Shown in pieces: positions 9,374 to 19,675 of a stretch of DNA of 64,000 bases (positions within the stretch are counted from its first letter, which is position 1; each line of letters begins with the position of its first letter). The DNA comes from Methanotrichaceae archaeon (lineage in GTDB: Archaea; Halobacteriota; Methanosarcinia; Methanotrichales; Methanotrichaceae). Below the pieces are notes generated by a model. That model had not been told where the DNA came from and ran no database searches. It saw only the letters and a program-made list of their open reading frames with translations. The stretch lies in NCBI GenBank assembly GCA_963803145.1, contig CAWDLW010000027.1, forward strand, positions 64,001-128,000. Reading direction: 5' to 3'. The translations under genes were made by a program, and so were the position numbers.

Positions 9374-9985
9374 ATGAATAAAAAAGTGGCCATCATTTTC
9401 ATCCTTACCCTGGCAGCTCTCGGTTACTTGACCTACTACTCGTTCGGGCCATCTTCGACCACAAATATTGGCCCACAGGTTAATCCAGAGTCACTGAAAC
9501 CTACACAAACAACCGCGGTGTCTCAAAATAATGAAACCCTTAACGTCTATCATAACAAGGATATTGCTGAGAATTTTTATACAATAAGTATTCCACAGTC
9601 CTGGCAGAATTCGTCCTCCACGCCTCGTGCCGGAGAGTATGATTTCATTTTCAGCGATGGAGCTGCAAGAGTCGAGCTAATGGACGTACCGGATAACAGC
9701 ACCCTTGAGCTTTTCGTATTAAGCCAGGAAGAACCCCAACTCAAAAACCTGCTTACCGGCTATAAACGAATTGATTATCAAAAATTGAATATAAGCGGCA
9801 ATGATGCCTATCAGCTTACCTACCTCAGCGATGTAAATGGCACTAAATTTGAGAGTATTAGAACATATATCGCAGGTTCTGATCAAGCTGCCGTTATCAC
9901 ATTCTCGCTTCAGGAAACAATGGCTGCATCGAAGAAGAATACATTCAGTCTTGTAATCAATAGTTTCTCATGGGAGAATAAATAA
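9374..9985 (+). CDS. Membrane-anchored extracellular protein, PsbP/DUF1795-like
   Basis: N-terminal TM; YTISIPQSW, ISGNDAYQLTY and C-terminal VINSF pattern. Confidence 0.55.
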   Translation: MNKKVAIIFILTLAALGYLTYYSFGPSSTTNIGPQVNPESLKPTQTTAVSQNNETLNVYHNKDIAENFYTISIPQSWQNSSSTPRAGEYDFIFSDGAARVELMDVPDNSTLELFVLSQEEPQLKNLLTGYKRIDYQKLNISGNDAYQLTYLSDVNGTKFESIRTYIAGSDQAAVITFSLQETMAASKKNTFSLVINSFSWENK

Positions 9986-9986
9986 C

Positions 9987-10181
9987 ATGAGACAAATTCT
10001 TCTTTTTATATCGCTTGTGGTGCTTTGCTTTGGTCTTTACCTGAAGTTATTCTACGATGTCCCAGACAGCCAGGAAAAAATCAATTTTTTCGTTAGCGGG
10101 TTTTTCATTATTATTGGTATTTCAAGCTTGCTGGTGAATCTCTTTTGGGACACTAAGAAAAAGAGAAAGAATGGGGAGTGA
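9987..10181 (+). CDS. Small 2-TM membrane protein
   Basis: Two hydrophobic helices and a basic tail; overlaps the next gene's start (GTGA). Confidence 0.65.
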   Translation: MRQILLFISLVVLCFGLYLKLFYDVPDSQEKINFFVSGFFIIIGISSLLVNLFWDTKKKRKNGE

Positions 10182-10927
10182 AGGACCTGACCGATATAAT
10201 CGTTGCAGAAAACGTGAGCAAGTCGTATGGAGATAGAAAGGCTGTTGACGCCCTGACACTTCATATACAAGAGGGAGAAATCTTCGGATTCCTTGGACCA
10301 AACGGCGCTGGAAAAACGACAACCATAAGACTGCTCACAGGAATTCTTAAGCCGGATCAAGGCGAAGTAGCAATCGATCAACACTCATTATCGCAGCAGA
10401 GGAGAGAAGTTGCACAGGTGATAGGTGTCATCCCTGAAAGCCGCGGTCTATATAATTGGATGACTGCAACCGAATATCTCTCTTTCTTTGGGCATCTTTA
10501 CGGATTGAAAGAAGAATTGCTGGCAGAACTCGTTGAAGCTCTTCTTTCGCAAGTTGGACTCTTGAAGAGAAAGCACTCGGTGATCGGCACATTCTCCCTA
10601 GGAATGCGACAGCGTTTGGGGCTTGCTCGGGCGCTCATCAACAGTCCGAAAATCCTTTTTCTTGATGAGCCGACTCTTGGTCTTGATCCACAGGGTCAGG
10701 AGGATATTCAGAAATTGCTCAAAAAACTCAATGGCGAGGGTGTGACCATCTTTCTCTCGTCCCATCTCTTAAATGAGGTTTCTGATCTTTGCTCTCGTTT
10801 AGGAATCATCAATAACGGAAAGCTAGTAGCTGAAGGGACGATTGATGAACTTGGAAAAATGACCAATCTCCCAGGTGGAACACTAACTCAAATCTTCTTA
10901 CGTCTAACCGGCGAAGGAGTTGAATAA
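10178..10927 (+). CDS. ABC-2 type transporter ATP-binding protein
   Basis: GPNGAGKTT, FSLGMRQR, LFLDEPT, SSH. Confidence 0.95.
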   Translation: MKDLTDIIVAENVSKSYGDRKAVDALTLHIQEGEIFGFLGPNGAGKTTTIRLLTGILKPDQGEVAIDQHSLSQQRREVAQVIGVIPESRGLYNWMTATEYLSFFGHLYGLKEELLAELVEALLSQVGLLKRKHSVIGTFSLGMRQRLGLARALINSPKILFLDEPTLGLDPQGQEDIQKLLKKLNGEGVTIFLSSHLLNEVSDLCSRLGIINNGKLVAEGTIDELGKMTNLPGGTLTQIFLRLTGEGVE

Positions 10928-10958
10928 GGTGTTCAAATATATTTGGAGAAAAGAATTA

Positions 10959-12356
10959 CTGTACTCTCCAAGTTTCTCACCAATTTATAATCTCCATTCT
11001 ATATCAAGTCATATCTTATATCCCTGTTCTCTGATTAGATAGAGTAAACCACTATCAGGAACTGGCAAATTAAAGTATTGTAATACATATATAAAGGCAT
11101 CAATGAATGCTTGAGCCTTTATACTATCTATCATATCTCCAATCGTTCTATTTTGTTGATTTCTTTCCACTGGTGGGTTTTTGAGTTCATATAAAACGAT
11201 AGCTGTCCAGACTGAGAAAACCATCTGAATAAATCTTTCAATTGATCGTTTTCCTCTTAATTGATAATCCTTGAATCCCAATTTTTGATTTGACTCTCTA
11301 TGAGCAGTCTCAATATCCCACCTATCCTCATAAATAGAAAGGATTTCTACCAAAGATAGTGAACAATTGGTGCTAATAAAGTAGTTGGCGTCACCATTTT
11401 TCTTTTTCTTTGAGATGACTAGCTTTACTTTGCCAATCTTATCTAAGATGACTTCTTTTTCGATTGCATAATATACCTTCTTCTTGCCGCGAACTTGGAC
11501 TGTAGTTCTTCTATAATAAATTTCGTCAATCTGATTTGCCAAGTCCCTGACCTGAAAGGACATATCCTTATTTATCCATACCTTTTTATCAGACTTAATT
11601 TCACAAACGACTTGATGACCTAAGTTCAGGCATTTAGTTATAAAATCAGCAGAAAACCACCAGCTGTCGAAAACAACATAAAGACTCAAGCCTTTTGGTA
11701 TTTTTAAGGGCTCGATGATATCTTTATAAGCGATTTCTATTTTAGTCATGAAATCTTCACTGCTGTCTATCTCTTTAGTATACATTTTTGCTTTATGTGG
11801 TATAAATATACCTCTAGATTGGAGGACTGAGGTAACAAAGTTGTTACCCATAATATAGTCATCTTTGCAATGATCGTAAAACTTGCCCACGCCATCAGTA
11901 CATTTCCCTTCCTTTTCATTATATGTATCGTCTATAATTAATAATATTTTGTCGCTTGCACTTAACTGAAGAGCTTCTATAAATAGATCCGCACTGCGCT
12001 GAGCTACTTCGTTCTCATCCCAGATTGCATCACTAAAGAACCAATTATAGGAAGAGCGTGATTTCGTACATTCTCGATCCTTTGCCATAGCATCACTAAG
12101 GTGTGCGATGGTCTTAGATTTATCACATACGCTCAGTGCTGAAATCATATCACAGAAAGAATTATAGCTCGGTATGGTGAATAAATCTTTAAATTCTTTT
12201 AGAAATGGCTCTAACTGTAATGGAATCTTAACTAATTTGATCATGACATAGTAAAATACTTTTATAAATAAATCTATTTTGTATCAAGAATTAATTTTAA
12301 TGGTAAAAGAAAATATAGCTATAAATATAAAGCTATGAAAAAGTTGGAGAGTACAG
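10959..12356 (-). mobile_element. IS701-like (IS4 superfamily) element inserted in the ABC permease gene
   Basis: 21-bp IRs CTGTACTCTCCAAGTTTCTCA / TGAAAAAGTTGGAGAGTACAG (19/21). 8-bp duplication AAGAATTA at 10951-10958 and 12357-12364. Confidence 0.9.
11009..12244 (-). CDS. DDE transposase, IS701-like
   Basis: LIIDDT, VFDSWW, YEDRWDIETAHRESNQKLGFKDYQLR. Confidence 0.85.
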   Translation of the reverse strand: MIKLVKIPLQLEPFLKEFKDLFTIPSYNSFCDMISALSVCDKSKTIAHLSDAMAKDRECTKSRSSYNWFFSDAIWDENEVAQRSADLFIEALQLSASDKILLIIDDTYNEKEGKCTDGVGKFYDHCKDDYIMGNNFVTSVLQSRGIFIPHKAKMYTKEIDSSEDFMTKIEIAYKDIIEPLKIPKGLSLYVVFDSWWFSADFITKCLNLGHQVVCEIKSDKKVWINKDMSFQVRDLANQIDEIYYRRTTVQVRGKKKVYYAIEKEVILDKIGKVKLVISKKKKNGDANYFISTNCSLSLVEILSIYEDRWDIETAHRESNQKLGFKDYQLRGKRSIERFIQMVFSVWTAIVLYELKNPPVERNQQNRTIGDMIDSIKAQAFIDAFIYVLQYFNLPVPDSGLLYLIREQGYKI

Positions 12357-13105
12357 AAGAATTACAAGGAGAGCTCTATACCTGGAAGAGCATGTTATGG
12401 CTTGTCATCGCTTCACTTCTTTTTAGTTCTACAAGCTATCTTCTTCTTACCGATCGTGAGCTAAGCCTCCTAGACCAAACAGAGCTCATGTTACTTCTCG
12501 GTCAAATCATTATTGTAGTTGCACTTCTGGTCATAGCGATCGATGCATCATCAATCATCACGGCGGAGTTTGAAAATGAAACCGCAGAGACAATTTTCCT
12601 CACACCGCTTTCCATAACGGATTTTCTTTTTGGAAAATTCTTGGCCTCACTTACCCTCTGGGGTTTGCTTTTCGTTGTCTCATTGCCCTATATTATCGTC
12701 GCTTCATCAGGTTCACATCTGACAATAGCATTTATTGGCTACACTGCTCTTCTCGGCACCTTAGGAATCATAGGTGTAGTAGCTTTTATTTTCGCTATCT
12801 CTTTGCTTCTCCGTTCAACTAAAAATACACTCACAACTGCTATTATCACACTTCTTGTTCTTGCCATGCCTGCGTTCTTTTCTACAACCCTCAAGAACAA
12901 TGCCCTGTCACAACTCTTCAGCCAAATAGATCCTATCGATAATATATTCTCATCGCTTGATAATGTCTTAGTTGATTATCAAATCTCGGTCCTGCAAAAT
13001 TGGCAGTTTATTTTGCCAGTTCTTATGTTTTGCTTGCTAATGATTGTGTTCCTTGCTTTTGCTGCACGGAAATTCGATGAACAGGGGGTTATTAAAAGTG
13101 ACTGA
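12335..13105 (+). CDS. ABC-2 permease (native 5' end at about 10920-10958, separated by the IS)
   Basis: Six TM segments and ITAEFENETAETIFLTPLS...FGKF. Removing the IS restores VFKYIWRKELQGELYTWK. Confidence 0.85.
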   Translation: MKKLESTEELQGELYTWKSMLWLVIASLLFSSTSYLLLTDRELSLLDQTELMLLLGQIIIVVALLVIAIDASSIITAEFENETAETIFLTPLSITDFLFGKFLASLTLWGLLFVVSLPYIIVASSGSHLTIAFIGYTALLGTLGIIGVVAFIFAISLLLRSTKNTLTTAIITLLVLAMPAFFSTTLKNNALSQLFSQIDPIDNIFSSLDNVLVDYQISVLQNWQFILPVLMFCLLMIVFLAFAARKFDEQGVIKSD

Positions 13106-13637
13106 TACGAAATGTTTTACCTTTTTATTTATTAGTATTTTTGTAATCATCCTGACGAGCTGTGCTTATGCCAGAAGCCTTCCACCGCCACTAGTCATTA
13201 ATATCACTTCTTCTAAAACCTTGGGTGGCACCGCCGGAGATTATGTGACGGTAGAAGGAACTATAAAAGATATTGGAGATAAACCGCTAAATGATATTGT
13301 CACATACTTATCATTGGTTGATAACGAAACTAAGCTCCCTGTCGATCTCGAAGACTGGAGCGCAGAAAAAGGGCTCTATATTGGGACTATTGGCGCCGAT
13401 CAGACATTACCGCTCAACTGGAAGATCCATTTTGTGAAAGCCGGTACGTACTCTCTCATCATCGTTGCAGAAGCTGCTGGCTACGACTTTCCGCAAGCTA
13501 GTAGCATCGTCCAGTTCAATGTGAATCCTAAGACTAATCTTAACCCAGGAGAGGTACTTCCAGTTGCATTGGGGACACCTGTTGCTCTGACCAGTATATT
13601 GTTTTTATTGGCATACAGAAGACGAGTGGAGGAATGA
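13098..13637 (+). CDS. Secreted/membrane-anchored Ig-like protein
   Basis: GTG overlaps the permease end; signal peptide, beta-rich core, C-terminal TM plus RRR. Confidence 0.7.
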   Translation: MTDTKCFTFLFISIFVIILTSCAYARSLPPPLVINITSSKTLGGTAGDYVTVEGTIKDIGDKPLNDIVTYLSLVDNETKLPVDLEDWSAEKGLYIGTIGADQTLPLNWKIHFVKAGTYSLIIVAEAAGYDFPQASSIVQFNVNPKTNLNPGEVLPVALGTPVALTSILFLLAYRRRVEE

Positions 13638-13873
13638 TTGCTTCCTCATCTTCTAATATATTAACTACAAAGGGGCCAATAGTGAAATCAATAGTTGAAT
13701 ACTTAAAGCATAAACCAAGCTTAAAGGGGCAACTCTTTGATCAGGGGGAGTTGAAACGTCTGGCTAGAGTATGCGGCCTGAGCCCGGAGGGGGCTCGAAG
13801 TGAATTGAGGAAGCAAGGCTTAATCCTAACCAAGAACGATCACGGAATCGCCATTTGGAAAAGATGTGGTTAA
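13634..13873 (+). CDS. Small hypothetical protein
   Basis: ATGA overlap with the upstream gene; 79 aa. Confidence 0.5.
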   Translation: MIASSSSNILTTKGPIVKSIVEYLKHKPSLKGQLFDQGELKRLARVCGLSPEGARSELRKQGLILTKNDHGIAIWKRCG

Positions 13874-13906
13874 CTATGTTATCTTAGCAGCAAGTGGAAA
13901 AGATAA

Positions 13907-14993
13907 TATAGTTAATCATTGAGCTTATTGCCCTATAGATACATTTAATAATTAATGCGTGAAAATACATAGGCATGGGTAGAAAACCTATAATAATTAG
14001 GCATATATCAAAGATAGACCTTGATAAATTATATAAAAAAGAGACTGATCTAAGGATTAAGGAACGGTTATTGGCAATAATACATTTATATGAAGGGAAA
14101 AACGTATATGAGGTAGCTGATATTTTAAAAAGGGGCGAGAGGACAATAAAATATTGGTTAAGCAGATGGAATAATCAAGGCTATAATGGATTGACACCAA
14201 AGAATAGAAATGGCAAAAAGCCAAAGATGTCTCTTGATGAATGGGATAGAGTTATTAAAGAAATTGAAGACAAAGGAATGACGATAAAAGACGTATTAAA
14301 ATATGTAAGGGATACAAGAGGTATAGATTTTTCATATAAATATGGCTGGCGAATTTTAAGAGTAGTGAAAAAAGTTAAGTATGGGAAACCATACATCAGA
14401 AATGAAAAGAGGCCTGCAGATGCAGAAAGTTTTTTAAAAAAGGATAAAATCAGTGCTGACCACTGTTACTGATCCTGTTATAGGATTTCTTGATGAAAGC
14501 TCTTTACAACAGCGCCCTAATACACGTAGAGTCTTAAACACTCATTTAATAAATTATAAACCTGGAAAGGTTAGATCAAGAACTATTTTTGGATTTATAG
14601 CATTAAATGGCAATGATGAGGTTATGGTTTCCAACTCCTCTAAGAAGGAAGCGTTGATGGCATTTGCTCAAAATATAAGAAATAATAATATTATGAGGCC
14701 AATTTGTATACTTTTAGATAATGCTAGAATTCATTTGGCCAAGAAATTTAGAAAACTAGCTGAGGAAATCGATATTCACTTAATTTATAATATCCCCTAT
14801 TCACCAGATTTGAATCCTATAGAATTCGGTTGGAAGGATTTCAAAAGAGAGATCGCCAAATACACTGATTTCGATGAAGCTATTATAGCTAGCCAAGATT
14901 GCGCTTTAGAAATATTTTATTCCAAAAAGGATGGATATTCAAAGTCCTGGGTGGAGCGATTTCTTAGTGCAAAAAGCTAGGAGATTAACTATA
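13907..14993 (+). mobile_element. Second IS630-family element (unrelated to copies A/B)
   Basis: Ends TATAGTTAATCATTGAGCTTATTGCCCTA and TAGTGCAAAAAGCTAGGAGATTAACTATA (23/29 inverted match), with TA at both ends. Confidence 0.85.
13975..14980 (+). CDS. IS630 transposase in two ORFs
   Basis: HTH ORF 13975-14472 and DDE ORF with FLDES, LLDNARIH, PYSPDLNPIE. Confidence 0.85.
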
Positions 14994-15064
14994 ATACAAA
15001 ATGTAATATCTATATTAATATGCTAATAACAAGCATTAGTATATGATAAAGTGCTTAAGAGGGT

Positions 15065-16012
15065 ATGTTGCCTATTAAATCATCGATATCAAAGGAGCGC
15101 TTAAAGCTTCTTGTTATAAACACCATAGTTACGGCGATACTGGCAGTATCCCTACAAATGGCTATTCCCATCCATAGACCTTGCCAGATTGAGCCCAATG
15201 CATATTCAATGTGCTTGCCGTATTATGCTTATCCCAGCATACATGCCAGCACATCATTTTCTTTTGTATTCCCCTTTCTTGGCCATGTCCTGTTTTATCT
15301 GCTGTACATTATTGCATTGCTGATCAGCTGGTCCAGAGTATATCAAGGTCTGCATTCTTGGTTAGATATCGGCGGAGGAATTGCAATAGCTGGGCTGGGC
15401 TACAATATTGCAGAGACGATAGTTAATAAACACAAAAGAATAATATTCAGAGATGACGAGAGATCAAGGCAAGCAGTGCATGCATCGATAGGCTTGCTGC
15501 TATGTTTTATGATACGCCTTATAGGTATTGAAAGGACCTCGTATTTTGTGCTGGCGGGAACTTGCGTTGGTCTTCTAATAATTGACGTTATTCTTATGGG
15601 AGTCAGAGTTCCAGGCATCGATAAATTACTTGATAGATTTGAAAGAAAGGGAGTCATGCCCGGCGAAGGTTCAATGTATTATGCCCTTGGAGTTCTCTTT
15701 GCCATCGGGTTGCTAAGAAATAATTCTGCAGAGGCAATTTCCGTTATATTGATACTGGCACTCGGCGATTCGCTCGCCACATATATCGGCAGATACTATG
15801 GGAAACACAAACTGCCATGGAACAGTGATAAGACAATTGAAGGCTCGCTAGGATTTGCAGCAGGAGCGATGTGTTCTCTATTGGTCTTGCCTGTACCAAT
15901 AACCATCCTTGTAATAATAATATCAACCACTGTCGAATCCCTGCCTATAAGGCTGGATGATAATATAACTCTGCCAATAGCAGTATCTTTGCTGTATTAT
16001 TTTACACTTTAG
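15065..16012 (+). CDS. PAP2 phosphatase fused to a polyprenol/dolichol (phytol) kinase domain
   Basis: N-half has HRP, YPSIHA and SRVYQGLHSWLD. C-half has RQAVH, LGDSLATYIG...KTIEGS and DDNITLP. Confidence 0.8.
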   Translation: MLPIKSSISKERLKLLVINTIVTAILAVSLQMAIPIHRPCQIEPNAYSMCLPYYAYPSIHASTSFSFVFPFLGHVLFYLLYIIALLISWSRVYQGLHSWLDIGGGIAIAGLGYNIAETIVNKHKRIIFRDDERSRQAVHASIGLLLCFMIRLIGIERTSYFVLAGTCVGLLIIDVILMGVRVPGIDKLLDRFERKGVMPGEGSMYYALGVLFAIGLLRNNSAEAISVILILALGDSLATYIGRYYGKHKLPWNSDKTIEGSLGFAAGAMCSLLVLPVPITILVIIISTTVESLPIRLDDNITLPIAVSLLYYFTL

Positions 16013-16116
16013 ATACAATTGAATAATATTGAGTTTGGTTTACAGTAGTAGCTGACTATAAAATCAGGATAAGATCTTTATATTAACCCGAGTCAAGTGC
16101 TAATCGGTGGGCAGGC

Positions 16117-18015
16117 ATGAATGCAGAAGAGCTTATCGATGAGTATGAGAAGGCGCTGAGCATTTACGAAAGAATACTTGCCTTTGAGATGGATTCTGTT
16201 CTGAAGGGTAATATCCAGAGAAAGATTGGGGATATCTATCTGGAGATCTCCAAATTAAAGGGCGGAAAGGATTACCCTATATTGGCGATTCAGGCCTACC
16301 TTAAATCGCTCGTTGGCTATAGTCCAGAGCACTTTCCTGCCCAGTACGCCAGAATCCAGAGAAGCCTTGGGTCTGCCTACTTTATGCTTGGATGTCACGA
16401 GAACGCAGAGATGAACCTCAAGTATGCTATTGATGCCTGGACGGATACAATAAAGTTCTATTCACTGGAAAGCTTTCCATCTGATTACGCAATCCTTCAA
16501 AATGATTTGGGATCTGCCTATAGAAGACTCGCAGGACACAGAAACATGGAAGAGTTCTGCGAGCGGGCAATTCAAGCCTGCAACGAGGCTCTAAGAATTT
16601 ACACGCAGAAGGATAATCCTATACAATACTCGGACATCCAAATAAACCTGGGCAGTACTTACGTAATGCTTATGGAGGCTAAGAATGATGCTGAAAGCTG
16701 CAAACATGCAATTCAGGCATACAAAAATGCTTTAGAGTTTTATACCTTAGAACGCTATCCCGTGCAGAATGCATCGATTAAGAATAATCTAGCCATTGCA
16801 TATATATCCATTTCAGAGCTGGAGAACAAAGCTGAGAACAGCAAACGCGCCATTGATGCCTGCAATGATGCGCTCTGGGTAAGAAGGCTTGAAGAATATC
16901 CTCTGCATTATGCAGCCACACAGAACAATCTCGGAAACGCCTATATCGCTCTTGCAGAGGTTGAGGATGGCACTCAAAACTGCGAATATGCGATCCAATC
17001 ATTCCAGGAAGCATTAAGAGTATATTCGCTTGTTGAGTTCCCGATGCAGTATGCTACAGCCCACAACAATCTTGGAAACGCCTACCTGATCATTGCCGAG
17101 TCTGGGAGCAGGGCGGAGAACTGTATGAGGGCTATTCGAGCGTGCCAAGAGGCGCTCAAAGTATTTACCCTAGAAAAATTTCCGTCGGATTATGCCGAGG
17201 TCCAGGGAACGCTCTGGCTTGCCTATTTGACTTTTGCCGATATTGAGTTCAAAGCAGAAAACTGCGCTCTTGCCCTGGATGCGTGCCTTGAGAGGCTCAA
17301 AGTATATACTGCAGATCAGCCTCTAAAGCATGCATCCTGCCAGAGAGATTTGGCAATCACCTATAACACCCTGGCGAATGTTGAAGAGACAGCAGAGGCA
17401 AAAGCCGATGATTGCAGAAAGGCAATTCTGGCATCAAAAGAGGCACTGCAAATCTACACCTCTGAGGACTTCCCAAGGGGATATGCTGAGATACAGATGC
17501 TGCTATGGGTCGCATTTGTTTCCCTGGCCGAAGTTGAAGGGAAGGCTGAGAACTGCAAATGTGCAATCGTTGCCTGCAATAATGCTTTGAAAGTATATGC
17601 TGAAAAGAGCTCGAAGGATTATGCCGATATACAGAAGAACCTAGGGTATACCTATGTTGCCCTTGCCGAGATAGAGAACAAGGCTGAGAACTGCAGGAGG
17701 GCGATTGAGGCATACAATATTGCACTCGAGTTCTATACTTCAGAGAAAGATCCTTTAGAGCACACCGATATAATTAGGGACTTGGGGTATGCTTATATAA
17801 CCTTATCAGATGTTGAAGATAAGGCGAAAAACTGCAGGAAGGCAATAAAGATCTACAAAAATGCCAACAAATCTTACATAGATCTGGCCAGCCAGCTCTC
17901 AGCAGTTGGAGATCCACGTGCTCTGGATGTGAGAGATAGAGCAGATGAGTGTCACAGATCGATGGATGCCTGCAAGAGAATTATAAAAGCATGTAAGAAA
18001 TCGGGAATGAGTTAA
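16117..18015 (+). CDS. TPR repeat protein
   Basis: Repeats of about 44 aa: YAxxQNNLGNAY...AENCxxAIxAxxEALxVYT. Confidence 0.9.
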   Translation: MNAEELIDEYEKALSIYERILAFEMDSVLKGNIQRKIGDIYLEISKLKGGKDYPILAIQAYLKSLVGYSPEHFPAQYARIQRSLGSAYFMLGCHENAEMNLKYAIDAWTDTIKFYSLESFPSDYAILQNDLGSAYRRLAGHRNMEEFCERAIQACNEALRIYTQKDNPIQYSDIQINLGSTYVMLMEAKNDAESCKHAIQAYKNALEFYTLERYPVQNASIKNNLAIAYISISELENKAENSKRAIDACNDALWVRRLEEYPLHYAATQNNLGNAYIALAEVEDGTQNCEYAIQSFQEALRVYSLVEFPMQYATAHNNLGNAYLIIAESGSRAENCMRAIRACQEALKVFTLEKFPSDYAEVQGTLWLAYLTFADIEFKAENCALALDACLERLKVYTADQPLKHASCQRDLAITYNTLANVEETAEAKADDCRKAILASKEALQIYTSEDFPRGYAEIQMLLWVAFVSLAEVEGKAENCKCAIVACNNALKVYAEKSSKDYADIQKNLGYTYVALAEIENKAENCRRAIEAYNIALEFYTSEKDPLEHTDIIRDLGYAYITLSDVEDKAKNCRKAIKIYKNANKSYIDLASQLSAVGDPRALDVRDRADECHRSMDACKRIIKACKKSGMS

Positions 18016-18091
18016 AGGCATAAAGATTTAGGGGATAAAAACCAATATCTGAAGCATCAAAAGTCGATGGAACTCATGATTAGGAAACAAA

Positions 18092-18568
18092 ATGATCAAC
18101 CTAACGGACAAGCAGGTTGCAGAATACTTCCGACGCTCATACACCGCAGTTGACGGCCTCTGGTTCATGAAGGTCGAGGAGAAATACGGCTTTGATTCTG
18201 CATTACAGCTGGATGAGGCTGTCTGGAGAGTGCTGCCGAAGATTCAGGCTAGAGCGATGAAATCAATGGCCTCCCTGGAGAATGGGCTCGACGGCCTCTA
18301 CGAGGGCATTACAACGCGGCTCGTCCTGGAAGGGTTCGAATTTGAGGCAGAAAAAGATGCTGAAGGTTTTCGAGTGCTCATCGAACGCTGTCCCTGGCAT
18401 GATCTGATGGTGAAATCAGGGCGGGAGAATCTTTCAGCGACCGTAAGCAACATCATCTGCGATATCGAGAACTCCACATGGGCGAATGAGTTTGGGGTAG
18501 CAAAATTTGATCGTGAAGCCAGGATATGCAATGGATCTGAAGGATGTATTCTGCGCTTCCGGCTGTGA
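18092..18568 (+). CDS. DUF6125-like protein
   Basis: AVDGLWFMKVEEKYG...LDEAVW, CPW, and C-terminal Cys residues. Confidence 0.7.
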   Translation: MINLTDKQVAEYFRRSYTAVDGLWFMKVEEKYGFDSALQLDEAVWRVLPKIQARAMKSMASLENGLDGLYEGITTRLVLEGFEFEAEKDAEGFRVLIERCPWHDLMVKSGRENLSATVSNIICDIENSTWANEFGVAKFDREARICNGSEGCILRFRL

Positions 18569-18591
18569 TGTGAAGACAATTCTCTAATTCG

Positions 18592-18831
18592 CTACTGCAT
18601 CCTTTCTATCAGCGATAAAACTAATGATTGGGGTATAACTACCGTTCCCTGCATATTGTTGTTGGCAATCCATGTATTAAGCATTGTGCATACCATTAGG
18701 ACCTGCCGCGGGTCATCGATATTCTCGGCAGTGAGGCTGATGATCTCCTCTCGATTTTGAATTTTAATATCATATACCTGCTCAATTACGGTGAGCTGTG
18801 CATTCACCCTGCCCTCGATTTCGTTCATATG
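18592..18831 (-). CDS. Hypothetical protein
   Basis: Open frame with plausible composition; start uncertain. Confidence 0.5.
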   Translation of the reverse strand, partial: HMNEIEGRVNAQLTVIEQVYDIKIQNREEIISLTAENIDDPRQVLMVCTMLNTWIANNNMQGTVVIPQSLVLSLIERMQ

Positions 18832-19021
18832 CATACCTTCTTGGCTCTGGATTAAAAGTTTAGTGAACCATTCCTTATGTTGTGAACTGTTCATTATTTT
18901 TTTAATCTTATATTGTTATTAACATCTATATTAATTACAAAATCGAGTTCGTCAGGGCATACTACGAACCAAAAAGATCATCTCTTACCGATTACAGACC
19001 TTACCATCAGGGGAGATTGCT

Positions 19022-19546
19022 ATTCCAAGAATCTATGCAGAAGTGGATGATCATACTTTGGCGCAGCTTGAAGAGCTTGCTGAGAAAAGAGGCTGCAGTA
19101 AAAGACAGCTTGTTCTAGATGCAATTGGTCATTTCTTGAGTTATAAAGAGCCTGATATCTCAGAGGTTGATCAACTGAAGTCCGAGCTCAATCAAGCTAT
19201 CTCAGAAAGAGACCTGGCACACTCCGAGTGCGATAAAAAATCTGCTGAGATCAAAAGCATTGATCAGGAGATATCCAAGAGAAATGACGATATTGCAAAT
19301 GCCAAATCAAACATCGATAAACTTACGATCGGTCAGAACCAGCTCAGATCTGAGATCGTCTCAATCAAGGAAGAGGCAGAGAAGTTACAGAGCGAACTTG
19401 AGCATTCGCAGAGCACAATCAAGCAGAAAAACGAGGAGATAGCATTTATGAGAGGCCATATTCAACAGCTTTCTCAAAAGATAATATCTGCTCTGCCATC
19501 AAAAGAGGATAAAGCAAAAGCCGAGAAATGGTGGAAAATTTGGTAG
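19022..19546 (+). CDS. Ribbon-helix-helix (CopG-like) plus coiled-coil protein
   Basis: PRIYAEVDDHTLAQLEELAEKRGCSKRQLVLDAI, long heptad region, KWWKIW tail. Start uncertain (ATT 19022 or GTG 19043). Confidence 0.7.
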   Translation: MPRIYAEVDDHTLAQLEELAEKRGCSKRQLVLDAIGHFLSYKEPDISEVDQLKSELNQAISERDLAHSECDKKSAEIKSIDQEISKRNDDIANAKSNIDKLTIGQNQLRSEIVSIKEEAEKLQSELEHSQSTIKQKNEEIAFMRGHIQQLSQKIISALPSKEDKAKAEKWWKIW

Positions 19547-19675
19547 ATCGGGAGTTAAAGATCCAACTTAACAATTCCTTTTAACGATTTCCTTTAATGA
19601 TTCTATTTGTAATGTTCTATAAGCAAACTGTATATGCCGCTATATCTACTTATAAAATAAGCCGATTTTATCCAT

